Notes: generated from the sequence alone by a model not told the origin. A stretch of DNA of 64,000 nucleotides from a virus (IMGVR_UViG_3300011113_000265:33018-97017); one strand, 5' to 3'. Positions 1 through 11,064 are shown, counted from the first letter of the stretch. Translations and numbers: made by a program.

Positions 1-1
1 A

Positions 2-73
2 GCTACACAAGCTTCAGTAGCTGAAGATACTACTAATAATAATGAAAATGATTACACAACACAAGCTAAGTAA
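2..73 (+). CDS. 3' end of an upstream virion gene (partial)
   Basis: Open frame from the window edge (ATQASVAEDTTNNNENDYTTQAK*) ending in TAA at 71-73, overlapping the next ORF. Confidence 0.4.
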   Translation, partial: ATQASVAEDTTNNNENDYTTQAK

Positions 74-647
74 TACTGAATTAGGTATTAAAGAAAGAGG
101 TAAAGGTAAGTATCTTGCTGATTATGGATTAGGAGATTATTATAAATATTATTTAAATAATCTTAGTAAAGCTGAATTACCATTAGGAACTGATTTAAAA
201 GATTTAAAATACAATGTATCTTTTAATAAGTATAGAAGTGTGCTTATGAAGATATTTAGAAAAGCTAGAACTAAAATGATTCTTACTAATTCTGAATATC
301 CACTACCTTGTAAGATGGGTAGAATTATGATACAGAAAGTTAGAAAGAAACTACAATTAGATGAGAATGGTAATGTAATTAAACGAGTACCTATTAACTA
401 TAAAGCAACTAGAGAATTGTGGGCTACTGATCCTGAAGCTAAAGAGAAAAGATTAAAAATATATCAGTTTAATGATCATACTAATGGTTACAGATTAAAG
501 ATAGTATGGTTAAAAAAGAATTGTAATATGAATAAAAAGAAATATTACAAACTTACAGCTGTGAGAGAATTTAAAAGACAAGTACCTGAACTAATTAAAA
601 AACATCCTGAGTTAGATTTTTTTGTAAGTCCTTTCTCAGATTACTAA
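42..647 (+). CDS. crAss-like IHF/HU-related basic protein of the tail module
   Basis: Basic 201 aa ORF with LPCKMGRIMIQK...INYKATRELW...NDHTNGY, directly upstream of tail genes as in crAss-like phages. Confidence 0.55.
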   Translation: MKMITQHKLSNTELGIKERGKGKYLADYGLGDYYKYYLNNLSKAELPLGTDLKDLKYNVSFNKYRSVLMKIFRKARTKMILTNSEYPLPCKMGRIMIQKVRKKLQLDENGNVIKRVPINYKATRELWATDPEAKEKRLKIYQFNDHTNGYRLKIVWLKKNCNMNKKKYYKLTAVREFKRQVPELIKKHPELDFFVSPFSDY

Positions 648-662
648 TATACAAATTAAAAT

Positions 663-1514
663 ATGGCATTAAATGGTAAGTTAATTTCAGTTAATGAAGT
701 TATAAACAATGTACTTAGAGATAACCAATATAAGAATCAACAGTTTGAAGTAGGAAGTTTTGTAGAATGGGCTAATGAAGCTTGTGATTTAATAGGTGTA
801 CCTTATAATCTTATTAATGATTATGCAATTATTGATATTGAGAATCATAAAGGATTTATACCTTGTAACCTACATACTTTAGATCAAGCTATGGTACTTA
901 CTAAAAATGGTGTAATAGTACCTATGAGAGGTTCAACTTCTACTACTCATCCTTGGAACATTAATAACATTAATGACTATCCTTTAGTTAATCCTGTACA
1001 ACCTGTAGGATTTGATCCTGATGGTAATCCTATTATTAACTTTAATAATTATGATAATGCTATTACTAAAGGATTAATTAATAACTTACCTTACACATTA
1101 AGAGATATTACTTATAATGTTCAAGGTAATTATATATTCACCTCTTTTAAAGATGGTGCTCAAGTAATTATGTTTTATAAAGCTTTTCCAGTTGATCAAG
1201 AGGGTTACCCTCTTATACCTGATGATATTAGCTTTAAACAAGCTGTACAATCTTATATAAGACTTAAAGTAGATTACTTACTATGGAGAAGAAATATTAT
1301 TGCTAGAGATGTATTTGAATACTCTGAAAGAGAGTGGATGTGGTATGTAGGTCAAGCTAAAACTAAAGCTCTTACTCCTAATTATGATATGATGGAATCT
1401 TGGAAGAATCAACACCTTACACTTATGCCTAGAATTAATGAACAAGCTAGAAACTTTGAAGGTATTGGTCAATCTCAATATATTAACTTTGGTATGAGAA
1501 ACTATAGATATTAA
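663..1514 (+). CDS. Tail tubular/ring protein (P22 gp4-like, crAss-like)
   Basis: 283 aa; YIFTSFKDG...YKAFPVDQEGYPLIPD...WMWYVGQA motifs; lies before the tail stabilisation protein. Confidence 0.65.
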   Translation: MALNGKLISVNEVINNVLRDNQYKNQQFEVGSFVEWANEACDLIGVPYNLINDYAIIDIENHKGFIPCNLHTLDQAMVLTKNGVIVPMRGSTSTTHPWNINNINDYPLVNPVQPVGFDPDGNPIINFNNYDNAITKGLINNLPYTLRDITYNVQGNYIFTSFKDGAQVIMFYKAFPVDQEGYPLIPDDISFKQAVQSYIRLKVDYLLWRRNIIARDVFEYSEREWMWYVGQAKTKALTPNYDMMESWKNQHLTLMPRINEQARNFEGIGQSQYINFGMRNYRY

Positions 1515-1519
1515 TACTA

Positions 1520-4500
1520 ATGACTCAAGAAAAAGAACAAGAACAAGGTGGTCAAACTAATGGTATTGCAATAAATACTTTTACTGGAGGTATTAACCAA
1601 GACTTAGCTAAGACTATATATAAACAAGGTAATTATTTAGATGCTTTAAATATTACTTTACTTACTGATGGTGGATTAAGTACAGCTGTTGTACAAAATA
1701 AGAAGGGAACTAAACTACAAATTCAGTTTCCTACAATTATTCCAGCTGCTACTTATGAATCTAATAGAGAATATCCTCAAGTTGTACCTGCTCAAGAAAA
1801 TATAAAAGTTATTGAAGGTTTAGCAATAACTGATAGTAGTGGAGTACAAAACTTATTCTTTATTACAAAGAGTAATACTGTAGGTAATCCTAATGATAAT
1901 GGTTATGGTCAAATATGGAGATGTAATTTTTTAGGTACTACTGATAATATATCAGGTGCTATTAATGGTTTTGAATTAACTGTTAATAATCATATGATGT
2001 ATAATAGAAATCTTAACTTTAAGTTTGTAGAAAGAATTAAAGCTATTGGTAAGTATGAGAATGAAAACTTTTGTAGAATATACTGGACTGATGGTATTAA
2101 TCCATTAAGAAGTATTAATACAATAGGTTCTTTACAATCTTTATTAAACATACCTGTAAGAACTTTAAATATAGTATCTGAATGTAATTTAGATACTCCT
2201 GTTATTAGTAGATTAATTAAAGGTAGTTTACCTGAAGGTAAATATCAATTAGCTTATAGATTATTAAGTAAAAGTGGAGATTTAACTAACTTCAGTACTT
2301 GTAGTAATTTAATAGATGTTATTGAAGGTAATGAGTTTAATAGTGAACTTGGATACCCATTAGCTGATACAATAGAGTATACTACAGATGTTATGGCTGC
2401 TACAGATAGTAAAGAAGTTATTGACTCTGATAAAGGTATTGAGTTTTATATACCTCGTATTGATAAAGATTATGAAATGATTCAATACGCTTTAGTATAT
2501 TATAGCCAACCTAATTTACCTGAAATATTTGTATATCCTTATAAAGAAATATCTTTGTATAGAAATCAATATGAAAGCTTTACTGATTTATTTAGTGATA
2601 CTTTTCTATTAACTACAGAAGAGTTTAATATAATGTATGCTCCATTTGAAAAAGTAGGTACTATTGAAGTTAAAGATAATATCTTATTTGCTGCTAATAC
2701 TACTAATGAAATGTTTAAAGTTGATGTAGATTACAGAGCTTATAGATATAATAATAATGGTGAATGTACTACTTATGAATTAGATGGAACTACAAATACT
2801 TTTACTACTAACTATCCTAATAATGATTTATTAGATGTTATTAATCCTTATAATGATGAGAGTGGTAAGATATTTGGTTTAAATAATGTAGGTAATCCTA
2901 CAACTTGGTATAATAATCATCAATATAAATATAAACAAGATGGTGTTACTTTAGGTGGTCAAGGTCCTAATATTGGTTATACTTTTGGTACAACTCAAAT
3001 TATAGTTGATAGTGGTGTTAATCCAGCATTAAAAATTAATAGAGCTCCTTTAATTAAAACTGAAGTAGATAATAATTCTACACTTATAAGTGTACCTAAT
3101 CATGTTACTAATAATAATGGTAGTTTTAGTAGTTTAAAATCTCCTTATAAAGCTAGCTGTCAAGTATCTTGGCAACGTGGAGAAGTATATAGGTTTGGTA
3201 TTACTTTTTATAATAAGAAAGGACAAGCTTCTTATGTTAACTGGATAGGTGATATTAAGATGCCTGACTTTAATGAAACTAATAATCCTGCTTGTTTACT
3301 ATCAACATTTAGTAGTAATAATGCTAAGTTAACAATGTATTCTACTTATATAGATTTTGATGTTAATGTACCTCAAGATTTAGCTGAAGAAATTAGTGGA
3401 TTTAGAATAGTATATGTTGAAAGACAAGAAAATGATAAGACTAGGTTTGGTACTGCTATTACTGGTGGTATGCAAACTTTTGATAGATTAAATATTAATG
3501 ATCAAAATATAAATTATACTATATCAATTATAGCAACTGTTATTTGTTATAAAATAGGTAATTATATAGATGAAATAGATGGTAGTGATTCTACAGATCC
3601 ATTTAATATTAAAGAAAATATTAGAGAAAAAATAATGCAAGCAGCTGCAGCAACTATTTATAAAAAAATAAATGGTATGCCTTCAGCAGCTCAACAAAGA
3701 GTAACTAGTTCTGAAGATTTAGCTGATTTAGTTGATTCTGTATTAGATGGTGCTGTTAATACTAACAATGGATTTTTTAGTTCTATATTAAGTAGTGCTG
3801 GAAATTTAATTAAATTAATATTTCCTAAAACTATTGAAAAAATTAAAGAATCTATTAAAGAAGATTTAAGAAAAGTATTAGCTTATAAAGTAGCTGGATT
3901 ACATCCTAACGTATATTCTTTAGGTCAAATAGGATTTGCTAATGCTGCAATAGCTAGTTCTTCTGGATTAGCTCATATAGGATACACAATATCTCCTAAT
4001 ATTGATTTTGGTAAATATGAATTTAAACAAGGAGATTATTTAAAACCTATTCATATATTTAATCAAGGTAATAAAGCTACATATCAATTACATAGAGATT
4101 CTACTGTAGGATTATACAATATATTAGATAGTTCTGCTTATTTAAGAAAATGGTATGGTGGTAGTAATATACCTTGGAATGAAGTAGCTGATAGTGATGC
4201 TAGAAGAATATATATTAATAATCAAAAAGTACTTATACCTGGTGAGTTATTAGGATCTGGTTTTGATAATGTAATGAATAGTCAAAATGCTGAAAGTGTA
4301 GATTTAGATTTTTTAATATCTAATAGTTATGTATCTTCAATACCTCAAGCTAATAAAAGAGGGGAAATTGTTAGTGCAATTAATATGATGATTAACGATG
4401 TTACTTTAGCTGTTAAACAAGGTATTATGAATGCTGGAGGAACTTATTATTTTACTGCTGCTGAATCTTTTTTAAAAAAGATAGTAAGACCTCACACTGT

Positions 4501-6466
4501 ATTAGGTATAGGAGATAAAAAACATTTAATTATTACTAATGCTTTATTTGATAATAATGGTATACCTGTAGGAAATTGGTTTGAAAATTATGAAGAAGAA
4601 TCTTATCAATCTGATTTATTAAATCCAATATATGAATCAAAAGATGCTCTTAGATTTAAAGATCATGGTGGAGATTATACAGTAACTTATTGTAGACCTA
4701 TAAGTAATAATCAATATGGTGGAGTAGGTTATAGTAGTAGAGCTAATAATGAGTATATACCTGCAAGTGAATATTATTCTTATACAAATAGAGTAGGTAA
4801 TACTGTAAATATAAAAGCTAGTTTAGGTGATACTTATGTAGGAGTATATGATGCAGTTAATTACTGTTATTACTATAATCAAGTAAGACCAGCTGGTTAT
4901 CAAGATCCTATTAGAAGTAAGAAAGGAATGTATGAAATATTTCCTTGTGAAGCTAGTTTTAACTTTAGTTTAAGAGAAGGTAATCACCCAATTATTAGTT
5001 TATCTCCAGATGATTTAAAAGAAAATTCTGATTTTAAAACTGAAAGTATTAGTAATCCTGATAAAAGTAAATTGTATAATTTTTTAAAAAAACCCATTGT
5101 AGGTAAAACTGTACTTGGTCTAGGAGCTTTACAATTTGCAGGAAGGTCAGCTATGCTTGGTCCAATAGGAGCACTTGCTGGTGGAGCTGCAAGTTTATTT
5201 TCAACAAATTTATTAGTTAGCTCTATAATAAAATCATTTAAAAAACGTATGATTAAGAATGGTCCTGATACTGCTAATTTAGTATTAAGGAATGAAAGAT
5301 TCTTATTATCTGAGTTTAAGTATAATGATGTGTTTAATCAAAAATATAACATTCAAAAGTATTTTCCACCTAGTTTATTTTATGCTAATGAAGTAGATCA
5401 ATATACTAATAGAATATGGCATTCTGCTCCTAAGATAGATGGTGAGGTAATTGATAGTTGGAGAAACTTTCAATTTGTAGATTACTTAGATGTTGAAGGT
5501 ACACAAGGTCCTATTATAGAATTAGTTGTTAATAAGAATAAAATATTTTATTATCAAACAAATGGTGTAGGTGTTGCTAGTAGTAATGAAAGAGGTGCTG
5601 TTCAAGGATCTGAAGGTAATATAATTTTAAGTAATAATAAAATATTATTAAGATATGATTACATTACTAAGGAAACTGGAACTTCACAACAATATAGTGT
5701 AATTAATACTAATAGTGCAATATATCATTATGATAATAGTCTTAAAAAGATATTTAAACTAGGAGAAGGATTAGAATGTATATCTGATAACTTAGGTTTA
5801 TTTAGTAAACTACAAAGTGTTAATAATGATATTAATAGAAGACTTAATACTGTCCATGGTATATATGATACAGAATATCAAACAATATATTATACATTCT
5901 TAGATCCAGTTAATTCTCAAAATAGTTTTACTATTGGATATAATGAAAAGTTAAATGTATTTGAAAGTTTTTATAGTTTTACACCTAAGACTTACTTTAG
6001 AATGAATACTATGGTATTTGGTAGTATGAGTAATAATCAATGTTATTGGCATAACAAAGGTGATTATGGTAGTTTTTATGGTACTACTTATCCAAGCAAA
6101 ATTAAAGTATTAACTAATGATGCACCATTAACTACTAAGGTTTGGGATAATCAAAAGTTTCAAACACAAGTATACAATACTAATGGAGTATTACTTAATA
6201 ATGATACATTTGATTTTATTCAACATAAAACTGAAAATCAAAATACAGGTTTAATTACATTAACTCCACAAAGTAATATAGTTAAGAAGGAAAGAGATTG
6301 GAAATTGATTATACCTAGAGATATTAACAATGCTACATTTAGTACTTTAAGTAAACCTAGATTAAGAGATATGTATTTAGAAACTGAAATAACTTATACT
6401 AATACAGATAATCAAAGATTTATCTTACATCCAATAACAACATTTTATAGACAATCAATACATTAA
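1520..6466 (+). CDS. Tail stabilisation / muzzle protein (P22 gp10-like)
   Basis: 1648 aa beta-rich; NTFTGGINQD start, IYWTDGINPLRSIN, RGEVYRFGITFY, GDTYVG, DSWRNF, KKERDWKLIIPR...RLRDMY. Confidence 0.75.
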   Translation: MTQEKEQEQGGQTNGIAINTFTGGINQDLAKTIYKQGNYLDALNITLLTDGGLSTAVVQNKKGTKLQIQFPTIIPAATYESNREYPQVVPAQENIKVIEGLAITDSSGVQNLFFITKSNTVGNPNDNGYGQIWRCNFLGTTDNISGAINGFELTVNNHMMYNRNLNFKFVERIKAIGKYENENFCRIYWTDGINPLRSINTIGSLQSLLNIPVRTLNIVSECNLDTPVISRLIKGSLPEGKYQLAYRLLSKSGDLTNFSTCSNLIDVIEGNEFNSELGYPLADTIEYTTDVMAATDSKEVIDSDKGIEFYIPRIDKDYEMIQYALVYYSQPNLPEIFVYPYKEISLYRNQYESFTDLFSDTFLLTTEEFNIMYAPFEKVGTIEVKDNILFAANTTNEMFKVDVDYRAYRYNNNGECTTYELDGTTNTFTTNYPNNDLLDVINPYNDESGKIFGLNNVGNPTTWYNNHQYKYKQDGVTLGGQGPNIGYTFGTTQIIVDSGVNPALKINRAPLIKTEVDNNSTLISVPNHVTNNNGSFSSLKSPYKASCQVSWQRGEVYRFGITFYNKKGQASYVNWIGDIKMPDFNETNNPACLLSTFSSNNAKLTMYSTYIDFDVNVPQDLAEEISGFRIVYVERQENDKTRFGTAITGGMQTFDRLNINDQNINYTISIIATVICYKIGNYIDEIDGSDSTDPFNIKENIREKIMQAAAATIYKKINGMPSAAQQRVTSSEDLADLVDSVLDGAVNTNNGFFSSILSSAGNLIKLIFPKTIEKIKESIKEDLRKVLAYKVAGLHPNVYSLGQIGFANAAIASSSGLAHIGYTISPNIDFGKYEFKQGDYLKPIHIFNQGNKATYQLHRDSTVGLYNILDSSAYLRKWYGGSNIPWNEVADSDARRIYINNQKVLIPGELLGSGFDNVMNSQNAESVDLDFLISNSYVSSIPQANKRGEIVSAINMMINDVTLAVKQGIMNAGGTYYFTAAESFLKKIVRPHTVLGIGDKKHLIITNALFDNNGIPVGNWFENYEEESYQSDLLNPIYESKDALRFKDHGGDYTVTYCRPISNNQYGGVGYSSRANNEYIPASEYYSYTNRVGNTVNIKASLGDTYVGVYDAVNYCYYYNQVRPAGYQDPIRSKKGMYEIFPCEASFNFSLREGNHPIISLSPDDLKENSDFKTESISNPDKSKLYNFLKKPIVGKTVLGLGALQFAGRSAMLGPIGALAGGAASLFSTNLLVSSIIKSFKKRMIKNGPDTANLVLRNERFLLSEFKYNDVFNQKYNIQKYFPPSLFYANEVDQYTNRIWHSAPKIDGEVIDSWRNFQFVDYLDVEGTQGPIIELVVNKNKIFYYQTNGVGVASSNERGAVQGSEGNIILSNNKILLRYDYITKETGTSQQYSVINTNSAIYHYDNSLKKIFKLGEGLECISDNLGLFSKLQSVNNDINRRLNTVHGIYDTEYQTIYYTFLDPVNSQNSFTIGYNEKLNVFESFYSFTPKTYFRMNTMVFGSMSNNQCYWHNKGDYGSFYGTTYPSKIKVLTNDAPLTTKVWDNQKFQTQVYNTNGVLLNNDTFDFIQHKTENQNTGLITLTPQSNIVKKERDWKLIIPRDINNATFSTLSKPRLRDMYLETEITYTNTDNQRFILHPITTFYRQSIH

Positions 6467-6469
6467 GAT

Positions 6470-9058
6470 ATGCCTGATAATAAACAAAAAACTAAAGTAT
6501 TTACAGATAAAAAATTATTTGATAAAGCTAATCAAGCTTATAATGATAGTTTGAATTTATTTAATTATACTAAAGATGATATTAAAAAATTAAAAAAATT
6601 AGAAAGAGAATCACCAACATTGCAAGATGCTTGGTTAAAATGGTATAATTTAAATAATGATGATAATAAATTAGAATCCTTTGAAAAATCAAGAATTAAT
6701 TTAAAAAATATAAATAATAAATGGCCTGAACCTATTAATTTTTATCATACTATCGGAGGTGGTGGAGCAGAAGAATATAAAAAACCAACAACTAAACCTG
6801 TCTATCAACCAGAAGTTACAAATAGTGTTTCTCCAATTGCAAAACCAAAACCTAATTTAGGTAAAGCTAAACCTAGACCTAAAATAGAACCTATTAAACC
6901 ATTAGGTATTAAACCTATGAATACTTCTGTAGAACCTAAACTAGCAGATAAGAAACAAGAAATAATACAAGAACCTATGAATAAAAAACAAACATATACA
7001 GCATCTCCTAATCTTAAAAAGATGGGTAAATCTACAGGTAGAGAATATGTAGATGGACAATGGATAGAAACTAAATCTAAAGGTGGAACAGTTAAAAAAT
7101 ATGCAGTAGGTGGCGGATTTGATTTATTAGGATCAGTAGATCCTAGTATTATGAAAAATCTTACAACAGCTCCTAAAACATTTACACCAAGTACTACTGC
7201 ACCAGCAGTTCCTGCAAGTACAGGTAGTAATTTTCAAATGCCTAGTTTAGGTGGTGGAGGTAGTAGTGCTCCACAACAAACTTCACAAGATCCTAATGCT
7301 CCTAAAAAAAAGAATATAGGTAAAATTGTAGGTAGTGTTGTTGGAGGTGTTGCTGGATCACTTATTGCTCCTGGTGTAGGTACTATGATAGGATCTACTA
7401 TTGGAGGTGGTATAGGTGGTGCTATAGATAATAAAACTTATCAAAATAAAGTTGAAGATTATACTGCTACTGCTATTGCTAATAAATCTAGTCAACAAAA
7501 TGCAATGATTTCTAATATACCTGGTAACTTTAATCCTAATGCTCAAACTAAGCAATTTAAAAAAGGCGGTGAGTTAATTAAACGTGCAGATGGTTCTTAT
7601 TCTAAAAGAGGTCTTTGGGATAATATAAGAGCTAATAAAGGTAGTGGTAAAGCTCCTACTAAAGAGATGCTTGAACAAGAAAAAAAGATTAAAGCTAATA
7701 TGGCTCATGGTGGTATAGATACTAGTAACTCTATGAGTGGTCCTAAGTATTTAGATGGTGGTATGCTTAAACCTATGGGTAATGATATGTATGAAGTTAA
7801 ATCATATAAGAAAGGTACTGATAAGGTAGAGTACAGACCTAACGTATTTATTGATAATAAAGAGATTATACGCAAGAATTCTGATGGATCTACTCAAATA
7901 CTTAGTGATGATTTAGGATACGCTAAAGTAGCTAAAAACATTGCTAAAGCTAAAGGTGGTAATATAACTGATGAACAGTTTGATCAATTGTATATGAATC
8001 AAGAAATGTCTAAAGCTAGTAAAGGTAAAGGTAATAAATATGTTGAAGGTGGTACTGATAAAAAACTTAAATTAAGAAATCCTATGAGTGATGATAGGGC
8101 TACATCAGTTTTAGGTAATTTTGATAGTTTTGGTGCAGGTAAACCTGTATCTGGTTCTATTGATGCTGGATATTCACCTGATAAATTTAATATTGATCCT
8201 AAAAAAGGATTAACAGTAAAACCATTTACATATAAAACACCTGGTTCATTAGGGTATGATACTCCTAAAAAACAACCTGGTGCATTTGATGTTAAAACTC
8301 CTGAAGTTGATTTAAAAGCTTCTAAATTTATTGGAGAAACAAAAGGTAAATACGAATATAATCCCCAAGTACCTAAAGATAAAAAATCTCTTGATACTAA
8401 AGTTAATCCATTAGGTTATTTATCTAGTCTTGCTGGACCTGCTTATAATATTGCTCAAGGTTTAAAAGGTGGTGATCCAGTTGATTTTGAAAGAATGAAT
8501 ACTAAGTATCAATTTGCTGATCCTAGAGGTGCTATGGCTGCAGCTAGTAGAGGAGTAACATCTGCTTATAATGCTGCTAAAAATGCTGCTAAAACTACAA
8601 CTACTAGTGCTGGTGAGTATCTTGCTAATATGGGAAATTTAGCTAGTAAAGAAGGTATAGATAGAGCTGCTGCTTTAACTAATATTAAAGCTCAATATGA
8701 TATGGCTAATACACAAGGTTTAAATCAAACTAACTTAGCTAAAGATCAGTTTAATGCTCAAACTCAAATGCAAGAATCTATTGCTAGACAACAAGAAAAA
8801 GATGCAGCTAGAAGTTCTATTAGTAAAGGTTTAGCTGGATTAAGTCAGAATACTATGGGTTATATGTCTGATGTAAATGCTAATAAAACTCAACGTAGAT
8901 TTGTTGATTTAATTAACTCAGGTAAATATGAATATGTTGAAGAAATAGATGCTGATGGAAAACCACGTATAAAACTAGTTCCTAAAAAAGGAGCTAAATC
9001 AAATAGTGTTCAAGTTACACCTTCTCCTACAAAACAAACTGAACCTGCTACTGAATAA
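6470..9058 (+). CDS. Virion cargo/ejection protein, low complexity, with glycine-zipper segment
   Basis: 862 aa, Pro/Gly/Lys-rich, repeated KYxxGG motifs, GSVVGGVAGSLIAPGVGTMIGSTIGGGIGG, Ala-rich helical C-terminus; position after the muzzle gene. Confidence 0.55.
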   Translation: MPDNKQKTKVFTDKKLFDKANQAYNDSLNLFNYTKDDIKKLKKLERESPTLQDAWLKWYNLNNDDNKLESFEKSRINLKNINNKWPEPINFYHTIGGGGAEEYKKPTTKPVYQPEVTNSVSPIAKPKPNLGKAKPRPKIEPIKPLGIKPMNTSVEPKLADKKQEIIQEPMNKKQTYTASPNLKKMGKSTGREYVDGQWIETKSKGGTVKKYAVGGGFDLLGSVDPSIMKNLTTAPKTFTPSTTAPAVPASTGSNFQMPSLGGGGSSAPQQTSQDPNAPKKKNIGKIVGSVVGGVAGSLIAPGVGTMIGSTIGGGIGGAIDNKTYQNKVEDYTATAIANKSSQQNAMISNIPGNFNPNAQTKQFKKGGELIKRADGSYSKRGLWDNIRANKGSGKAPTKEMLEQEKKIKANMAHGGIDTSNSMSGPKYLDGGMLKPMGNDMYEVKSYKKGTDKVEYRPNVFIDNKEIIRKNSDGSTQILSDDLGYAKVAKNIAKAKGGNITDEQFDQLYMNQEMSKASKGKGNKYVEGGTDKKLKLRNPMSDDRATSVLGNFDSFGAGKPVSGSIDAGYSPDKFNIDPKKGLTVKPFTYKTPGSLGYDTPKKQPGAFDVKTPEVDLKASKFIGETKGKYEYNPQVPKDKKSLDTKVNPLGYLSSLAGPAYNIAQGLKGGDPVDFERMNTKYQFADPRGAMAAASRGVTSAYNAAKNAAKTTTTSAGEYLANMGNLASKEGIDRAAALTNIKAQYDMANTQGLNQTNLAKDQFNAQTQMQESIARQQEKDAARSSISKGLAGLSQNTMGYMSDVNANKTQRRFVDLINSGKYEYVEEIDADGKPRIKLVPKKGAKSNSVQVTPSPTKQTEPATE

Positions 9059-9085
9059 ACTAAATAATTATAAACTATAATAAAA

Positions 9086-9126
9086 ATAATAATAGTAGTC
9101 TTAACAAATAGGACTACTATTATTAT
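9086..9126. promoter_or_regulatory. Intergenic 17-bp hairpin (terminator or processing site)
   Basis: ataataatagtagtc (9086-9100) pairs perfectly with gactactattattat (9112-9126), plus 2 inner pairs and a 7-nt loop. Confidence 0.5.
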
Positions 9127-9147
9127 ATTGATAATAAAAAGCTAAAC

Positions 9148-11064
9148 ATGAGATTTTATCAATCAAGTACACCTCAATACGTATCACAATTTACACCGTT
9201 GCCATTAGATTTTATGGCTCAACAAATTAAAGCTAGAGAAGCTGCTGATGCTACAGCTGAAGATTTTATAAATAAAGTTGATGAATTAAAACTAAAACCT
9301 GGTAATCACACTGATCCTCTTGTAGTAGATAAGTATAATGAATGGTTAGATAGTAATAAAAATACTATTGCTCAAAAGTTTCATGCTGGTGAAATTGATT
9401 CTAATGAAGCAACAAGAGCTCTTAGTAAATTACAAAGTGCTTATCAAAATGATCCTGTAATTAGAAATATTAAAACAGATGCTGCTTTATCAGCAGCTAC
9501 TAATACTGCTATTGCACAAGGTAAATATAAAAGAGGTATTAGTAGTAGAGGTAGTCTTTTAGGAGATATGCCTCAATTTCAATATATAGATCCAAGAAAT
9601 GCAAGTGAAGCTGATTATGCTCAAGCACATAATTATATAACTCCTACTAGTATTAAAAGTGATCAAAACTTTGGACCTCAATATAAAGAAATTGAAGCAC
9701 GAGTTACTAATACTCTTAATTCTTTAGAACCTACAAAGCAAATTATAAATGGAATAACATATTATAAACAAGGAAATAGTTTAGTAGAGAAAAAACAATT
9801 AACAAGAGATATGGTTAAATCTATGGCTATGGATTTAGCTAATACTGAAATAAATGATCAGATTACTCCTTGGACACAATATAAAACTAGATTAAAACAA
9901 CAAGAAGGACAAGATTATACTGCAGATGAATTAGCTGAAGATATTACTGATAATTATTTTGGTTATGTAAATTCAAAAAGCACTAAAAATCAATATCAAT
10001 GGGATGCTGCACAAACTTCTGAAGGTAATAAAAAAGATGGTAAAGGTAGAATAGCTCGTAGAGCAGCTGTAATGCCTGAAAAAAATGTTGGATTTAAAGC
10101 AACTGATTTTTATAAAACATCAAATAATTTAAATCCTTCTGAAAATTTTGATAAAAATATGTTTACTTCTAAAAATAATACATTAAGTCCTGGTGAAGAT
10201 TTTGATAAAAATATGTTTAATAGTAAAAAACCTGGTTTAATAGGCTATCAAATATATGAATTATCTACAAATATGCAAAATGTAGTAAAAGAATATGTTA
10301 AAGATAAACCTAAATGGAAAAAAGTATTTGAAAATCCAAATAAAAAATATTCTGGTTTAGAAGAATTATATAAAGAAATAGAAAAGTCAGGTATATTAAA
10401 ATTATATGAAGAAGGACAAATAAAATCACAATCTAATTTAAGAACTATTTTACCTGGTACAACAGATGAATTTGGAAATAATGATTGGTCACAAATATTT
10501 GGATCTAATACTTCTCCTACATTAGAAAATATGAATGGTACAATATTAGGAGGAACTAAACAATGGATTAATACTAAAACTGGTGAAATAACTACTATAT
10601 CAGAATTAATGAATTTAAATGAAGGAGATGCTGCTAAAACACCAATATCAGCTATTGGTGAATATCAAGCTGATAATAGTATGAATATATTTTTACCTGA
10701 TAATTTACAAGGAAATTATGGACTTAAACCTTTAAGTATAAATATTGGAGGTGATGAATATATAACAACATCTGTATTTAATCCTGATCCTGAAGATTTT
10801 AGTATAAGAGATATTCATAATGTTATATATGAACAAAATAGTACAAATCTTAAAAAAGGAACACCAATTAATATTTCAATAAATACAGATAATGGTCTTG
10901 CAACATTACCAGTTAGAATAAAATATAATAAAACTAATAAAACATATAAACTTTTAAATACTGATGGTAATCCAGCAACAGGTGTTAATGGTAAACCTTT
11001 AGAATATTCTAGTGCTATTGATTTATATACTGATTTGTTAAATCAATTTTATAATCAACAATAA
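9148..11064 (+). CDS. Virion cargo/ejection protein
   Basis: 638 aa; N-terminal YVSQFTPLPLDFM motif as in crAss-like cargo proteins; synteny. Confidence 0.55.
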   Translation: MRFYQSSTPQYVSQFTPLPLDFMAQQIKAREAADATAEDFINKVDELKLKPGNHTDPLVVDKYNEWLDSNKNTIAQKFHAGEIDSNEATRALSKLQSAYQNDPVIRNIKTDAALSAATNTAIAQGKYKRGISSRGSLLGDMPQFQYIDPRNASEADYAQAHNYITPTSIKSDQNFGPQYKEIEARVTNTLNSLEPTKQIINGITYYKQGNSLVEKKQLTRDMVKSMAMDLANTEINDQITPWTQYKTRLKQQEGQDYTADELAEDITDNYFGYVNSKSTKNQYQWDAAQTSEGNKKDGKGRIARRAAVMPEKNVGFKATDFYKTSNNLNPSENFDKNMFTSKNNTLSPGEDFDKNMFNSKKPGLIGYQIYELSTNMQNVVKEYVKDKPKWKKVFENPNKKYSGLEELYKEIEKSGILKLYEEGQIKSQSNLRTILPGTTDEFGNNDWSQIFGSNTSPTLENMNGTILGGTKQWINTKTGEITTISELMNLNEGDAAKTPISAIGEYQADNSMNIFLPDNLQGNYGLKPLSINIGGDEYITTSVFNPDPEDFSIRDIHNVIYEQNSTNLKKGTPINISINTDNGLATLPVRIKYNKTNKTYKLLNTDGNPATGVNGKPLEYSSAIDLYTDLLNQFYNQQ

